A stretch of 32,000 nucleotides of DNA from Crocosphaera subtropica ATCC 51142 (GTDB lineage Bacteria > Cyanobacteriota > Cyanobacteriia > Cyanobacteriales > Microcystaceae): positions 990,001-1,022,000 of the forward strand of contig NC_010546.1 of NCBI RefSeq assembly GCF_000017845.1, read 5' to 3'. The notes beneath the pieces are model-generated. The model was not told the DNA's origin. It did not search any database and was given only the letters and a program-made list of their open reading frames with translations. A program made the translations under genes and the position numbers. This document shows, piece after piece, positions 20,554 to 28,474 of this stretch. Each line of letters starts with the position of its first letter. The first letter of the stretch is position 1.

Positions 20554-21585
20554 TTATCGTTGTAATAAAAATAGCTGTGTAAAATAGTATTCACCCTCAG
20601 GATTTTTCGCAATTCCTATCCCTGTTAAATTAAAATTTCCTTCCATATTTTTACGATGACCAGGACTATTAATCCACCCTTTAACGGCGACATCAGCTAA
20701 GTCAGGATACCCTTTTATATAAGCTAAATTTTCTGCAAAGGATTTATAAGGAATGCTTTTTCCTACTGATTTAGCCCTGTTATCAAACCCATCATGACTA
20801 AACGTTGCTTGTTTACTGGCCATATCTTGACTATGTTGTCTCGCAACGTAACTAATTTCTGCATTCATGGTTAATGGGGGTAAATTCTTCGATAAACGAT
20901 ATTGATTAACCCGACGATTGATTTCTTGTTCTAAGGCAATTAAAAACTGACTATCTTGACCTGCTTTTTCCAGTAAAGGCTCCGAATTTTTCCACGGTTC
21001 TAAACTATTATCAAGTTCAGGAGAACGAGTAATAATCGAAGACTTTTCTTTAATGAAAATCTGTGTAAAATAGTATTCTCCTCGGCTATTTTGTGCAACC
21101 CCTATCCCAGTTGCGTCATATTTTCCTTCAATATTTTTAAGATTTTTAGCATTGTTTAACCACTGTTTCATCGTAGCTTTAACAGGATCATAACTATCTT
21201 GATGGGTAGCTAAATTTTCCACTCCCTTTTCATGGGGTGTCGTAAAACTAATAATTTTTAATCGTTGTTCTAAGTCTTCATGACCAACAGGAATAATACC
21301 AGCAGCCATTCTTTCACTATGAATTCTCGCTTGTTGAGTAATTTGAGGATTCAGATTTAACGAAGGCAAATTTTTAGATAAACGATATTGATTAATTTCT
21401 CGATAGGTTGCTTCTTCGAGGGCTTCAAGGAAAGCAGGATCGGTTAAACTAGGGGAAGGGTCAGAAGGTCGAGTTTCTGTAATAGGAATCTTTTCGATAG
21501 GAATCGGTTCAATAGACTCACAACCCATTAAACTCATCATGAGTAATGGAAAAGTTAATAATAGTCGTTCAAAATAATGTTTCAT
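20554..21585 (-). CDS. Lipoprotein with two tandem CAP/SCP (YkwD-like) domains
   Basis: 343 aa with the signal plus lipobox LLMMSLMGC. Two repeats each run from YRLSKNLP[SP]L to GEYYFTQ[IL]F and contain GH..N motifs. Confidence 0.8.
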   Translation of the reverse strand: MKHYFERLLLTFPLLMMSLMGCESIEPIPIEKIPITETRPSDPSPSLTDPAFLEALEEATYREINQYRLSKNLPSLNLNPQITQQARIHSERMAAGIIPVGHEDLEQRLKIISFTTPHEKGVENLATHQDSYDPVKATMKQWLNNAKNLKNIEGKYDATGIGVAQNSRGEYYFTQIFIKEKSSIITRSPELDNSLEPWKNSEPLLEKAGQDSQFLIALEQEINRRVNQYRLSKNLPPLTMNAEISYVARQHSQDMASKQATFSHDGFDNRAKSVGKSIPYKSFAENLAYIKGYPDLADVAVKGWINSPGHRKNMEGNFNLTGIGIAKNPEGEYYFTQLFLLQR

Positions 21586-21635
21586 AACACAACAGAAAAA
21601 GCCGTTAGAATTGTTAGAAGTATTAATAATAGGTT

Positions 21636-22277
21636 ATGAATAGTTTAGCGTCAGTTGACATGAAAGCGATCGCACCTCAATTAATGACTTATCCCATTGT
21701 AGAAATCTTTCACTCCTTGCAAGGAGAAGGGACATGGACAGGGATGAGTGCTTTTTTCATTCGTTTAGCCGGGTGTGATGTTCATTGTCCTTGGTGTGAC
21801 CAAAAAGAATCATGGACAAGCAAAATATATCCCCAACAGTCTATTAAAACCTTAGCAGAAGCAGCCAAAGCAGCTAACCCTGCCATGGTGGTTATTACAG
21901 GGGGAGAACCCTTGATGTATGATTTATTCCCCCTAACCAAAGCATTAAAAAAGTTAGGGTTACGGGTTCATTTAGAAACTTCTGGGGCCTATCCCTTTAG
22001 TGGTCAGTTCGACTGGGTTACCTTGTCACCTAAACCGTTTAAAGTTCCCCATGAAAGTATCTATCCCCAGGTTAATGAATTAAAGGTTGTCATTACTAAT
22101 CAAGAGGACTTCCACTGGGCAGAAGAACAAGAGAAAAAGGTTCCTCCTCAAGCCCTTAAATACTTACAACCTGAATGGAATTATCCCGAAAGTCAATCTT
22201 TAATTTTTGATTATATTCGTAAGGCTCCTCAATGGCGTATGAGCTTACAAATTCATAAATTTTTAGGAGTTAGATAA
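21636..22277 (+). CDS. queE: 7-carboxy-7-deazaguanine synthase (radical SAM)
   Basis: 213 aa. Contains YPIVEIFHSLQGEG and the radical SAM cluster CDVHCPWCD. The true start may be an internal Met (21660 or 21684). Confidence 0.88.
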   Translation: MNSLASVDMKAIAPQLMTYPIVEIFHSLQGEGTWTGMSAFFIRLAGCDVHCPWCDQKESWTSKIYPQQSIKTLAEAAKAANPAMVVITGGEPLMYDLFPLTKALKKLGLRVHLETSGAYPFSGQFDWVTLSPKPFKVPHESIYPQVNELKVVITNQEDFHWAEEQEKKVPPQALKYLQPEWNYPESQSLIFDYIRKAPQWRMSLQIHKFLGVR

Positions 22278-22316
22278 GTACCTAAACATAATTAATTACA
22301 CAATAAGTGAATTGAC

Positions 22317-22338
22317 AATTGCATCGATGCAATTTTTA
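22317..22338 (+). terminator. Terminator candidate after queE
   Basis: Palindrome aattgcatcgatgcaatt followed by ttt. Confidence 0.55.
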
Positions 22339-22342
22339 ATCC

Positions 22343-22421
22343 TTTTCTTTATTAACAATAGAGATTATTAGTTGAGGTAAGCAGAGGGAGCAAAGTAAGC
22401 AGAGGAAGCAGGGGAGATAAA
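22343..22421 (+). repeat. Dispersed repeat family, copy C (tail partly duplicated)
   Basis: ttttctttattaacaatagagattattagttgaggtaagcagagggagcaaagtaagcagaggaagcaggggagataaa. The gtaagcagagg segment occurs twice. Confidence 0.75.
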
Positions 22422-22566
22422 AGATTATCTGCAAAAATGGGATGCTCTCCTAAAGAAGTTGATTAGTATACATAAGATCAATTATCATTAAAGGGTAACC
22501 ATAGGGGTAATGTCCTGACAGGGGATCGACTGAACTTAATCCTGAACCACAAGGAAATAGAGAATT

Positions 22567-23100
22567 ATGAATCAAGCTTCTGTTGCAACAACTGATGAAA
22601 ACCAATTGCAAGTAGCTGAAGAAAAACTCATCCAATTTCTCAACGATCATAGTGAAATTGAGATGATTCTTCCCGTTATTCTAGGTATCTTTATTACCAG
22701 TCGCTTGCAATTGAGGGGAGCCAACGCACTGATTGTTAATTTGGCCATTGCTAGTATTTCTCGTCAAATCTTTACTAACCTTAAAAACATAACCCCTACA
22801 GTACCTGTTAGTAGCTCTAACGGAGTCAAAACAGCAAAAGCTCAAGAAGATAGCCTATATACTATCGTTCACTCTGTTCCTGGAAGAATTCGCATTAAAA
22901 TTCCTAGACTCAGCCAAGATATAGAATTTTGTGAGATTTTATCCCAATTATTAGCAGAAGATGATCATGTTATTGAGGCTCGTATTAACCGAGCAGCCGC
23001 CTCAGTGGTTATTCATTATGAAGCTCAAGGATTATCGGATGTTGAATTAGGCTTGCGCTTATTAAATCTTATGAACAGAGCAGAAGAAGCTGTGTCATGA
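22567..23100 (+). CDS. Membrane protein with a C-terminal CxxC-less HMA-like domain (PGRxRxK motif)
   Basis: 177 aa with hydrophobic segments at about residues 33-68. Residues 100-152 align without gaps to residues 7-59 of the downstream ATPase, with about 24 of 53 identical by hand. It lies 40 nt upstream of the ATPase. Confidence 0.72.
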   Translation: MNQASVATTDENQLQVAEEKLIQFLNDHSEIEMILPVILGIFITSRLQLRGANALIVNLAIASISRQIFTNLKNITPTVPVSSSNGVKTAKAQEDSLYTIVHSVPGRIRIKIPRLSQDIEFCEILSQLLAEDDHVIEARINRAAASVVIHYEAQGLSDVELGLRLLNLMNRAEEAVS

Positions 23101-23140
23101 AACAAAAAAATCACCTCCTCAAAAATTCCAATCATCTCCC

Positions 23141-25255
23141 ATGAAGACTATTCCCCAGATTATCCATCATATACCTGGAAGAGTCAGATTTCGTATCCAT
23201 CGTTTAAGCTATGATCGGCGTTTTGCTCTGCGTCTAAAACAACTTTTAAAAGCAGCATATCCGATTCAAACTGTTCGCTTAAATGATTGGGCTGCTTGTG
23301 TTGTCATTGCTTATCATGCTAAAAAAGAGTTCGATATTGAGACATATATCATTCATCTTATAGAAAAAGCAGAAAGTTATCATTATCTAATTGCAGAAAA
23401 TAAAGCCAATAATCCCCTAGAAGAATGGTCAAGTTTAACTCTCCCTAGTTTAGCTACTCTACTAGGGTTTGGAGCCAGCAAATTACCCATTCCTGGATTA
23501 AAACTAATCGCTAGTTTAATGTTACTAAAGGCTGCTTTCCCTGTGGTCAAAAGAGCTTATGAAAGTTTGTCCTCTGAACAAAAAATAAATATCGATTGTT
23601 TAGATAGCTTAGCTTTACTATTTAGCGGTTTACAAGGACAAATGGTCACCCCGGCCTTAGTCATTACCCTACACGAATTAGGAGATATTATTCGGGAAAA
23701 AACCGCTCGTTCCACAGAAATAAAAACCAGCAATTTATTGGATACCATTGGTCATTTTGCTTGGGTTGAACAAGATAACCAAATTATCCATGTTGAAAGT
23801 CATCGGGTAGAAATTGGGGATACGGTGGTCGTTTATCCAGGAGAAAGTATTCCCGTAGACGGCAAAGTCATCAAAGGAAAAGCTATCATTGATCAACAAC
23901 AATTAACAGGGGAATCTATGCCCATTGTGGCAGAAAAAGACAGCTATGTTTATGCTTCTACCCTATTAAGATCCGGGGAAATTCGCATTAAATGTGAGAA
24001 AGTCGCTTATGAAACCCGTGCAGCAGCCAGTATCGAACTCCTAGACAAAGCCCCCGTCCATGACACCCGTATGGCAAACTATGCAGCCAATTTAGCCGAA
24101 CAATTAATGATGCCATCCCTATGCTTAGCTGGCATGATTTTAATCATTACGAAAGACCCCCAACGGGTGGCTTCTATTCTGACCTTAGATTTTGTCACAG
24201 GAATTCGGGTTTCTATTCCTACCGCCTTTTTAGGGGCATTAAACCACACCACTCGCCACGGGATTTTAGTCAGAAGTGGTCGGACGTTGGAACTGTTATC
24301 AGAAATTGATACCATTGTCTTCGATAAAACCGGAACCCTAACGGAAGGAAATATTAAAGTTGTGGGGGTAGAAACCGTCAGAGAAACATTAGATCCTAGA
24401 ACCCTTGTTCAGTTAGCAGCATCGGCTGAACAACGCATTACTCACCCCGTAGCCGAAGCGATCGCCCATTATGCCCAACAGGAAAACATTGATATTTTAC
24501 CCCGTGACCATTGGGACTATGAGGTGGGGTTAGGGATGGTGGCCACCATCATAGGAAAAACCATATTAGTGGGGAGTAAAAAGTTATTAATCAGTAAGGG
24601 AGTAATTATCCACGAAACCGAGAAAATGCAAGAAAAATCCGCATTATCTCCGATTTATGTCGCTTGTAATGGAGAATTTCAGGGCATTATTTACTATACT
24701 GATCCCCTCCGTCCCCAAAGTGCTAAATTAATCCATCACTTACAACATCAGTATGATATTGAAGTTCATTTGCTCACAGGAGACAATCAAACACGGGCGA
24801 CAGAAGTAGGTAAACAGTTACAGATTCCCCTGTCTAACGTCCATGCAGAGGCGTTTCCCGAAGATAAAGCTAGAATTGTCAGTGGCTTACATCATCGGGG
24901 TAAAACCGTCGCTTTTGTGGGGGACGGCCTGAACGACTCGGTAGCCTTAGCCTATGCAGATGTGTCCATCTCCTTTGAAAATGGGTCTGATATTGCTAGA
25001 GACACCGCCGATGTGGTGTTAATGAATAATGACCTAACGGATTTGTTAGAGGCGATCGCCATTGCCAAAGAAACCAAAGCCTTAATTAATCAAAATACCC
25101 TGATGGTGGTTGCCCCCAACTTAGCAGCCTTAGGGTTAGCCACCACCGTTGGCCTTAACCCTTTATTAGCTACTCTGGTTCATAATGGAACGGCCATCGT
25201 TGCCGGACTGAATAGTTTACGGCCTCTTGTTCAACATCATCTAGAAACCAATTAA
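23141..25255 (+). CDS. P-type ATPase, P1B-like architecture, atypical (no CPx-type transmembrane metal motif)
   Basis: 704 aa. Motifs: TGES (256-259), DKTGTLT (395-401), P1B-style HP dipeptide (ITHPVAEAI), TGDN, GDGLND. The N-terminal domain is HMA-like but lacks CxxC. FVT (nt 24191-24199) sits where CPC/SPC is expected. Confidence 0.92.
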   Translation: MKTIPQIIHHIPGRVRFRIHRLSYDRRFALRLKQLLKAAYPIQTVRLNDWAACVVIAYHAKKEFDIETYIIHLIEKAESYHYLIAENKANNPLEEWSSLTLPSLATLLGFGASKLPIPGLKLIASLMLLKAAFPVVKRAYESLSSEQKINIDCLDSLALLFSGLQGQMVTPALVITLHELGDIIREKTARSTEIKTSNLLDTIGHFAWVEQDNQIIHVESHRVEIGDTVVVYPGESIPVDGKVIKGKAIIDQQQLTGESMPIVAEKDSYVYASTLLRSGEIRIKCEKVAYETRAAASIELLDKAPVHDTRMANYAANLAEQLMMPSLCLAGMILIITKDPQRVASILTLDFVTGIRVSIPTAFLGALNHTTRHGILVRSGRTLELLSEIDTIVFDKTGTLTEGNIKVVGVETVRETLDPRTLVQLAASAEQRITHPVAEAIAHYAQQENIDILPRDHWDYEVGLGMVATIIGKTILVGSKKLLISKGVIIHETEKMQEKSALSPIYVACNGEFQGIIYYTDPLRPQSAKLIHHLQHQYDIEVHLLTGDNQTRATEVGKQLQIPLSNVHAEAFPEDKARIVSGLHHRGKTVAFVGDGLNDSVALAYADVSISFENGSDIARDTADVVLMNNDLTDLLEAIAIAKETKALINQNTLMVVAPNLAALGLATTVGLNPLLATLVHNGTAIVAGLNSLRPLVQHHLETN

Positions 25256-25288
25256 TTTTGTCCAATTCAATTTAGGAGTTCTTTACTC

Positions 25289-25516
25289 ATGTCATTGATT
25301 CACTGGGATAAATCTGTTTTCAGCTTACACCTCAAAGAAATCATTGAAGATCATCATCAAAAAGGTGATTCGAGTGGAGTTGTTGGTTTAGGGGCAATTT
25401 TACTGGGAACCATTGCCCTTCCGGCTGCTGCTAAATATAGTCGTCCCATTCTGAAATCTGTGATTAAAACAGGAATCGCTTTGTCCTACGAACTGTCTGA
25501 AAAAAAGGGTAAATAA
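25289..25516 (+). CDS. Small membrane protein, paralog of the 25653-25964 ORF (DUF5132-like by recollection)
   Basis: 75 aa. AGGAG lies 10 nt upstream, and the gene starts 33 nt after the ATPase stop. Contains GLGAILLG...P...RPILKSVIKTGIAL. Confidence 0.65.
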   Translation: MSLIHWDKSVFSLHLKEIIEDHHQKGDSSGVVGLGAILLGTIALPAAAKYSRPILKSVIKTGIALSYELSEKKGK

Positions 25517-25518
25517 CG

Positions 25519-25552
25519 TAAGTTCGGAGTTCGGAGTTCAGAGTTTAACTAC
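25519..25552 (-). repeat. STRR-like heptamer tract (reverse orientation of the 6847-6880 tract)
   Basis: agttcgg agttcgg agttcag agtttaactac. Its reverse complement aligns with gtagttgcactccgaactcctaactccgaact. Confidence 0.7.
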
Positions 25553-25594
25553 ACAGAAAATTTTCACAACTCATTTAAACTGGCTATAGTGAAT

Positions 25595-25624
25595 AGTTAA
25601 TAGTTATCTAACTAACTATTAACT
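25595..25624. terminator. AT-rich hairpin between convergent genes (possible bidirectional terminator)
   Basis: Perfect 11-bp arms, agttaatagtt (25595-25605) and aactattaact (25614-25624), with an 8-nt loop. There is no clear U-tract. Confidence 0.4.
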
Positions 25625-25652
25625 CAAATTCCTATGCTATGTACCCAGAAAA

Positions 25653-25964
25653 CTAATCTTCAATGCCATTAAGACCCTCTGATTTAGCCGTGGGAAGGGC
25701 ATTTCTTTGAGCTTGTTCGGCAATGACTTCTGCCTTGGCTTCTGCAACAATATCTCCCATGACTTCCCCTGCTTCGGCTAAGGTTCCCTTGGTTTTTTGG
25801 TATAAAATTACCCCAGTTTTGACCGTTGCTTTGGCTACAGGTTTTAAGAGGGGAAGAATAACGGGGGTTAAGACTAAAGCCCCAACTCCAATAGCAAGGG
25901 TACGATTAGGATTGTCCTGATAAGCTTTTTTTAAGGATTCTAACATTTTATATTCCTCATTCAT
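25653..25964 (-). CDS. Small membrane protein with an amphipathic Ala/Glu-rich tail (DUF5132-like by recollection)
   Basis: 103 aa. Contains IGVGALVLTPVILPLLKPVAKATVKTGVILY followed by AEAGEVMGDIVAEAKAEVIAEQAQ. It shares the [RK]P[IV]xK[SA]x[IV]KTG[IV]xL block with the 25289 ORF. Confidence 0.7.
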   Translation of the reverse strand: MNEEYKMLESLKKAYQDNPNRTLAIGVGALVLTPVILPLLKPVAKATVKTGVILYQKTKGTLAEAGEVMGDIVAEAKAEVIAEQAQRNALPTAKSEGLNGIED

Positions 25965-25993
25965 TGACTGGACTAATGCCTGCCTTATTAACT

Positions 25994-25999
25994 ATTATA
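25994..25999 (-). promoter_or_regulatory. Candidate -10 box (TATAAT) for the 25653-25964 gene
   Basis: A perfect TATAAT on the minus strand ends 29 nt upstream of the ATG. No good -35 element. It is wedged directly after the rbp terminator. Confidence 0.3.
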
Positions 26000-26013
26000 T
26001 CGGTAATTTTAAC

Positions 26014-26050
26014 GAATAAAAAACACGCTTTTTTTTAAGATTAAAAGCGC
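26014..26050 (-). terminator. Rho-independent terminator candidate of the rbp gene
   Basis: On the minus strand: cgctttt-aatcttaaa-aaaagcg, followed by tgttttttatt. Confidence 0.6.
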
Positions 26051-26108
26051 GAAAAAAGATACTAAACTATAATAAATATACTGTCAACAGTTTCTCAGCA
26101 GAATTTGA

Positions 26109-26405
26109 CTAGGAAAAACTTCCTTGCTTACGAAAACTACCGGAACCGTTGCGGCCTGAATTCTCACGAGGTTTCGCTTTATTAACTCTCATTTGTCGCC
26201 CCATCCAGTCAGCCCCGTCTAAGGTTTCAATGGCGGCAGTTTCTTGGTCATCACTTTCCATTTCCACAAAACCAAACCCTCTGGGTCTTCCTGTTTCGCG
26301 GTCTGTGGGTAGAGATACCCGTTTAACTGTGCCGTATTCGCTGAAAACCTCTGTTAAATCTTCAGACGTTACATCATATACTAAGTTGCCTACATAAATT
26401 GTCAT
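26109..26405 (-). CDS. RRM-type RNA-binding protein (cyanobacterial Rbp family)
   Basis: 98 aa with RNP2 IYVGNL and RNP1 RGFGFVEM. It has a short Gly/Ser/Arg tail. Confidence 0.94.
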   Translation of the reverse strand: MTIYVGNLVYDVTSEDLTEVFSEYGTVKRVSLPTDRETGRPRGFGFVEMESDDQETAAIETLDGADWMGRQMRVNKAKPRENSGRNGSGSFRKQGSFS

Positions 26406-26749
26406 GGGATGTCTCCAAAATGTGTTAGAAGGTTACGAGAGAATCAACTAAGACTTCGGAAACCCACCGAGCGATGTAGACAGGAACAAACCAATTACTA
26501 ATCACAACCAATGCTGAAACCGAACTAACAAAACTCTCAATCTTCTATACCCTAGCATAGCCTGGCAAGCTTAGGCAGTAGAAACCCCCAGGTTTTGTAA
26601 CAAAATGAAATATTAGTCATTAATAGAAAAATATAGCTTTATTTTTGTCTTATTTTTTGTGCTAGGATCAAAAATTGATAAATAAAATAGGGGCTTTATG
26701 TTTAATTATTAACCCCATCAATCCTGAGACCTGTAAATAGCTAATCTCA

Positions 26750-27400
26750 ATGGAAAACAGCGAATTCAAAGAAAGAGAGCCGATTTCAAGTTTAGCTCTA
26801 TATTATCTCTTCAAAGGCTCTATTATTGTCCCTACATTCTATGCTTACTTTCGTGGACGGGTCTATGGTCGAGACAATGTGCCGAAAAAGCATCCCCTAG
26901 TGGTGGTCAGTAATCATGGAAGTTATTTTGATCCTCCCTTGTTATCTTCTTGTGTCGGTCGTCCCGTTGCTTTCATGGCCAAAGAAGAATTATTTAAAGT
27001 ACCGATCTTAAAAGAAGGTATCCGTTTATATGGAGCGTATCCCGTCAAGAGAGGAAAAGGCGATCGAGCAGCTATTCGCTCAGCCTTAACTGCCCTTAAA
27101 GACGGTTGGTTAGTAGGAATCTTTTTACAAGGAACCCGTACCCCTGACGGTCGAATTGATGACCCAAAATTAGGGGCGGCCATGATTGCAGCTAAGGCGC
27201 AAGTTCCTCTGTTGCCAGTATCCTTATGGGGAACCGAGAAAATCTTAAAAAAAGGCTCCCCTTTTCCTCGTCCTGTCCCCTTAACCATTCGTATTGGAGA
27301 AATGGTTGCGCCTCCTGAGTCGAATAAACGCCAAGCGTTAGAAAGGGTAACCGAAAAATGCGCTACGATTATTAATGAACTCCATGATTTAGGACGGTAG
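26750..27400 (+). CDS. plsC: 1-acyl-sn-glycerol-3-phosphate acyltransferase
   Basis: 216 aa. The HX4D motif is NHGSYFD, and an FLQGTRT block corresponds to the FPEGTR motif. Confidence 0.87.
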   Translation: MENSEFKEREPISSLALYYLFKGSIIVPTFYAYFRGRVYGRDNVPKKHPLVVVSNHGSYFDPPLLSSCVGRPVAFMAKEELFKVPILKEGIRLYGAYPVKRGKGDRAAIRSALTALKDGWLVGIFLQGTRTPDGRIDDPKLGAAMIAAKAQVPLLPVSLWGTEKILKKGSPFPRPVPLTIRIGEMVAPPESNKRQALERVTEKCATIINELHDLGR

Positions 27401-27567
27401 TGCTGCTATGCCCATGTCAAAAAAGAAAAGAGATATTCAAGACAGGCAAAAGTTTCATGGGAAACAGTCTAAAATAAATTAGTTTCTATGCTTAAGAAAT
27501 TGTTGTTTTTTAGAGAAAAATAAGCAAAATCAGGTAAGTTAATATCGGACAATTTGATATCATAATA

Positions 27568-28212
27568 ATGACTCAATCTTCAGAAAAAAGTAACAAATTT
27601 CAAGTCTGCGATCGGGATCTTTCCCCAGAAACCTTAGACCGTTACTTACAAGCCAAAGCTATTGCCATTGATACAGAAACGATGGGCTTAATTCCCCAAA
27701 GAGATCGGTTATGCTTAGTGCAATTATGTGATCCTAGCGGTTATGTTACTGCTATTAGAATTGAAAAAGGACAACAAACAGCAGAGAATTTAAAACAATT
27801 ACTGGAAAATCAAAATATTATTAAAATTTTCCACTATGCTCGTTTTGATGTGGCGCAATTTAAGTATAATTTTGCCATAGAAACAGAACCAATTTTTTGT
27901 ACGAAAGTTGCAAGCAAATTAGCGAGAACCTATACTGGATCTCATGGTTTAAAAGCCTTAGTGCAAGAAATAGAAGGAGTAGAATTAGATAAAAGTTCTC
28001 AGAGTTCTGACTGGGGAAATAGCCAAAATTTATCCGAAGCACAATTAAGTTATGCAGCTAATGATGTTAGATATTTAATACCACTAAAAGAACAATTAAT
28101 TACCATGTTGCAAAGAGAAGAAAGATGGGAACTTGCCCAAAAGTGTATGAAGGTTATTCCCCTATTTGTAGAATTAGACTTAATGTATTATAAAGATATT
28201 TTTGAACATTAA
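27568..28212 (+). CDS. 3'-5' exonuclease, DEDDy (RNase D-like catalytic domain only)
   Basis: 214 aa. ExoI is AIDTETMGL, ExoII is FHYARFD and ExoIII is YAANDVRYL. The protein is too short to include HRDC domains. Confidence 0.85.
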   Translation: MTQSSEKSNKFQVCDRDLSPETLDRYLQAKAIAIDTETMGLIPQRDRLCLVQLCDPSGYVTAIRIEKGQQTAENLKQLLENQNIIKIFHYARFDVAQFKYNFAIETEPIFCTKVASKLARTYTGSHGLKALVQEIEGVELDKSSQSSDWGNSQNLSEAQLSYAANDVRYLIPLKEQLITMLQREERWELAQKCMKVIPLFVELDLMYYKDIFEH

Positions 28213-28474
28213 ACTGACATCTTATAACAGGATAAAAAACTTGATTGAAAAATAAAGAAAATCAATTCTACAAAGTTTGTTTCGAGGTAGTTAGAGTCAA
28301 AAAAATTTCTATTGTCTATTCTCTATTGCCGATCAACACTAGCTGAGTTTAAACAAGGTAAAAGATTTAAGTTCAAGAAATGATGGGTAATTGACAATTG
28401 ATAATGGATAATTAGAAAAGTTCAAGGTAGGATAAAGATAGCGTCGTTTGAAAGAATCAGAGTAGAGGTAAATT

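Noticed and set aside
27408-27482. 24-codon highly basic mini-ORF (MPMSKKKRDIQDRQKFHGKQSKIN) just after plsC.
   Set aside because: It is too short, has no RBS and has no visible conservation signal. It cannot be supported from sequence alone.
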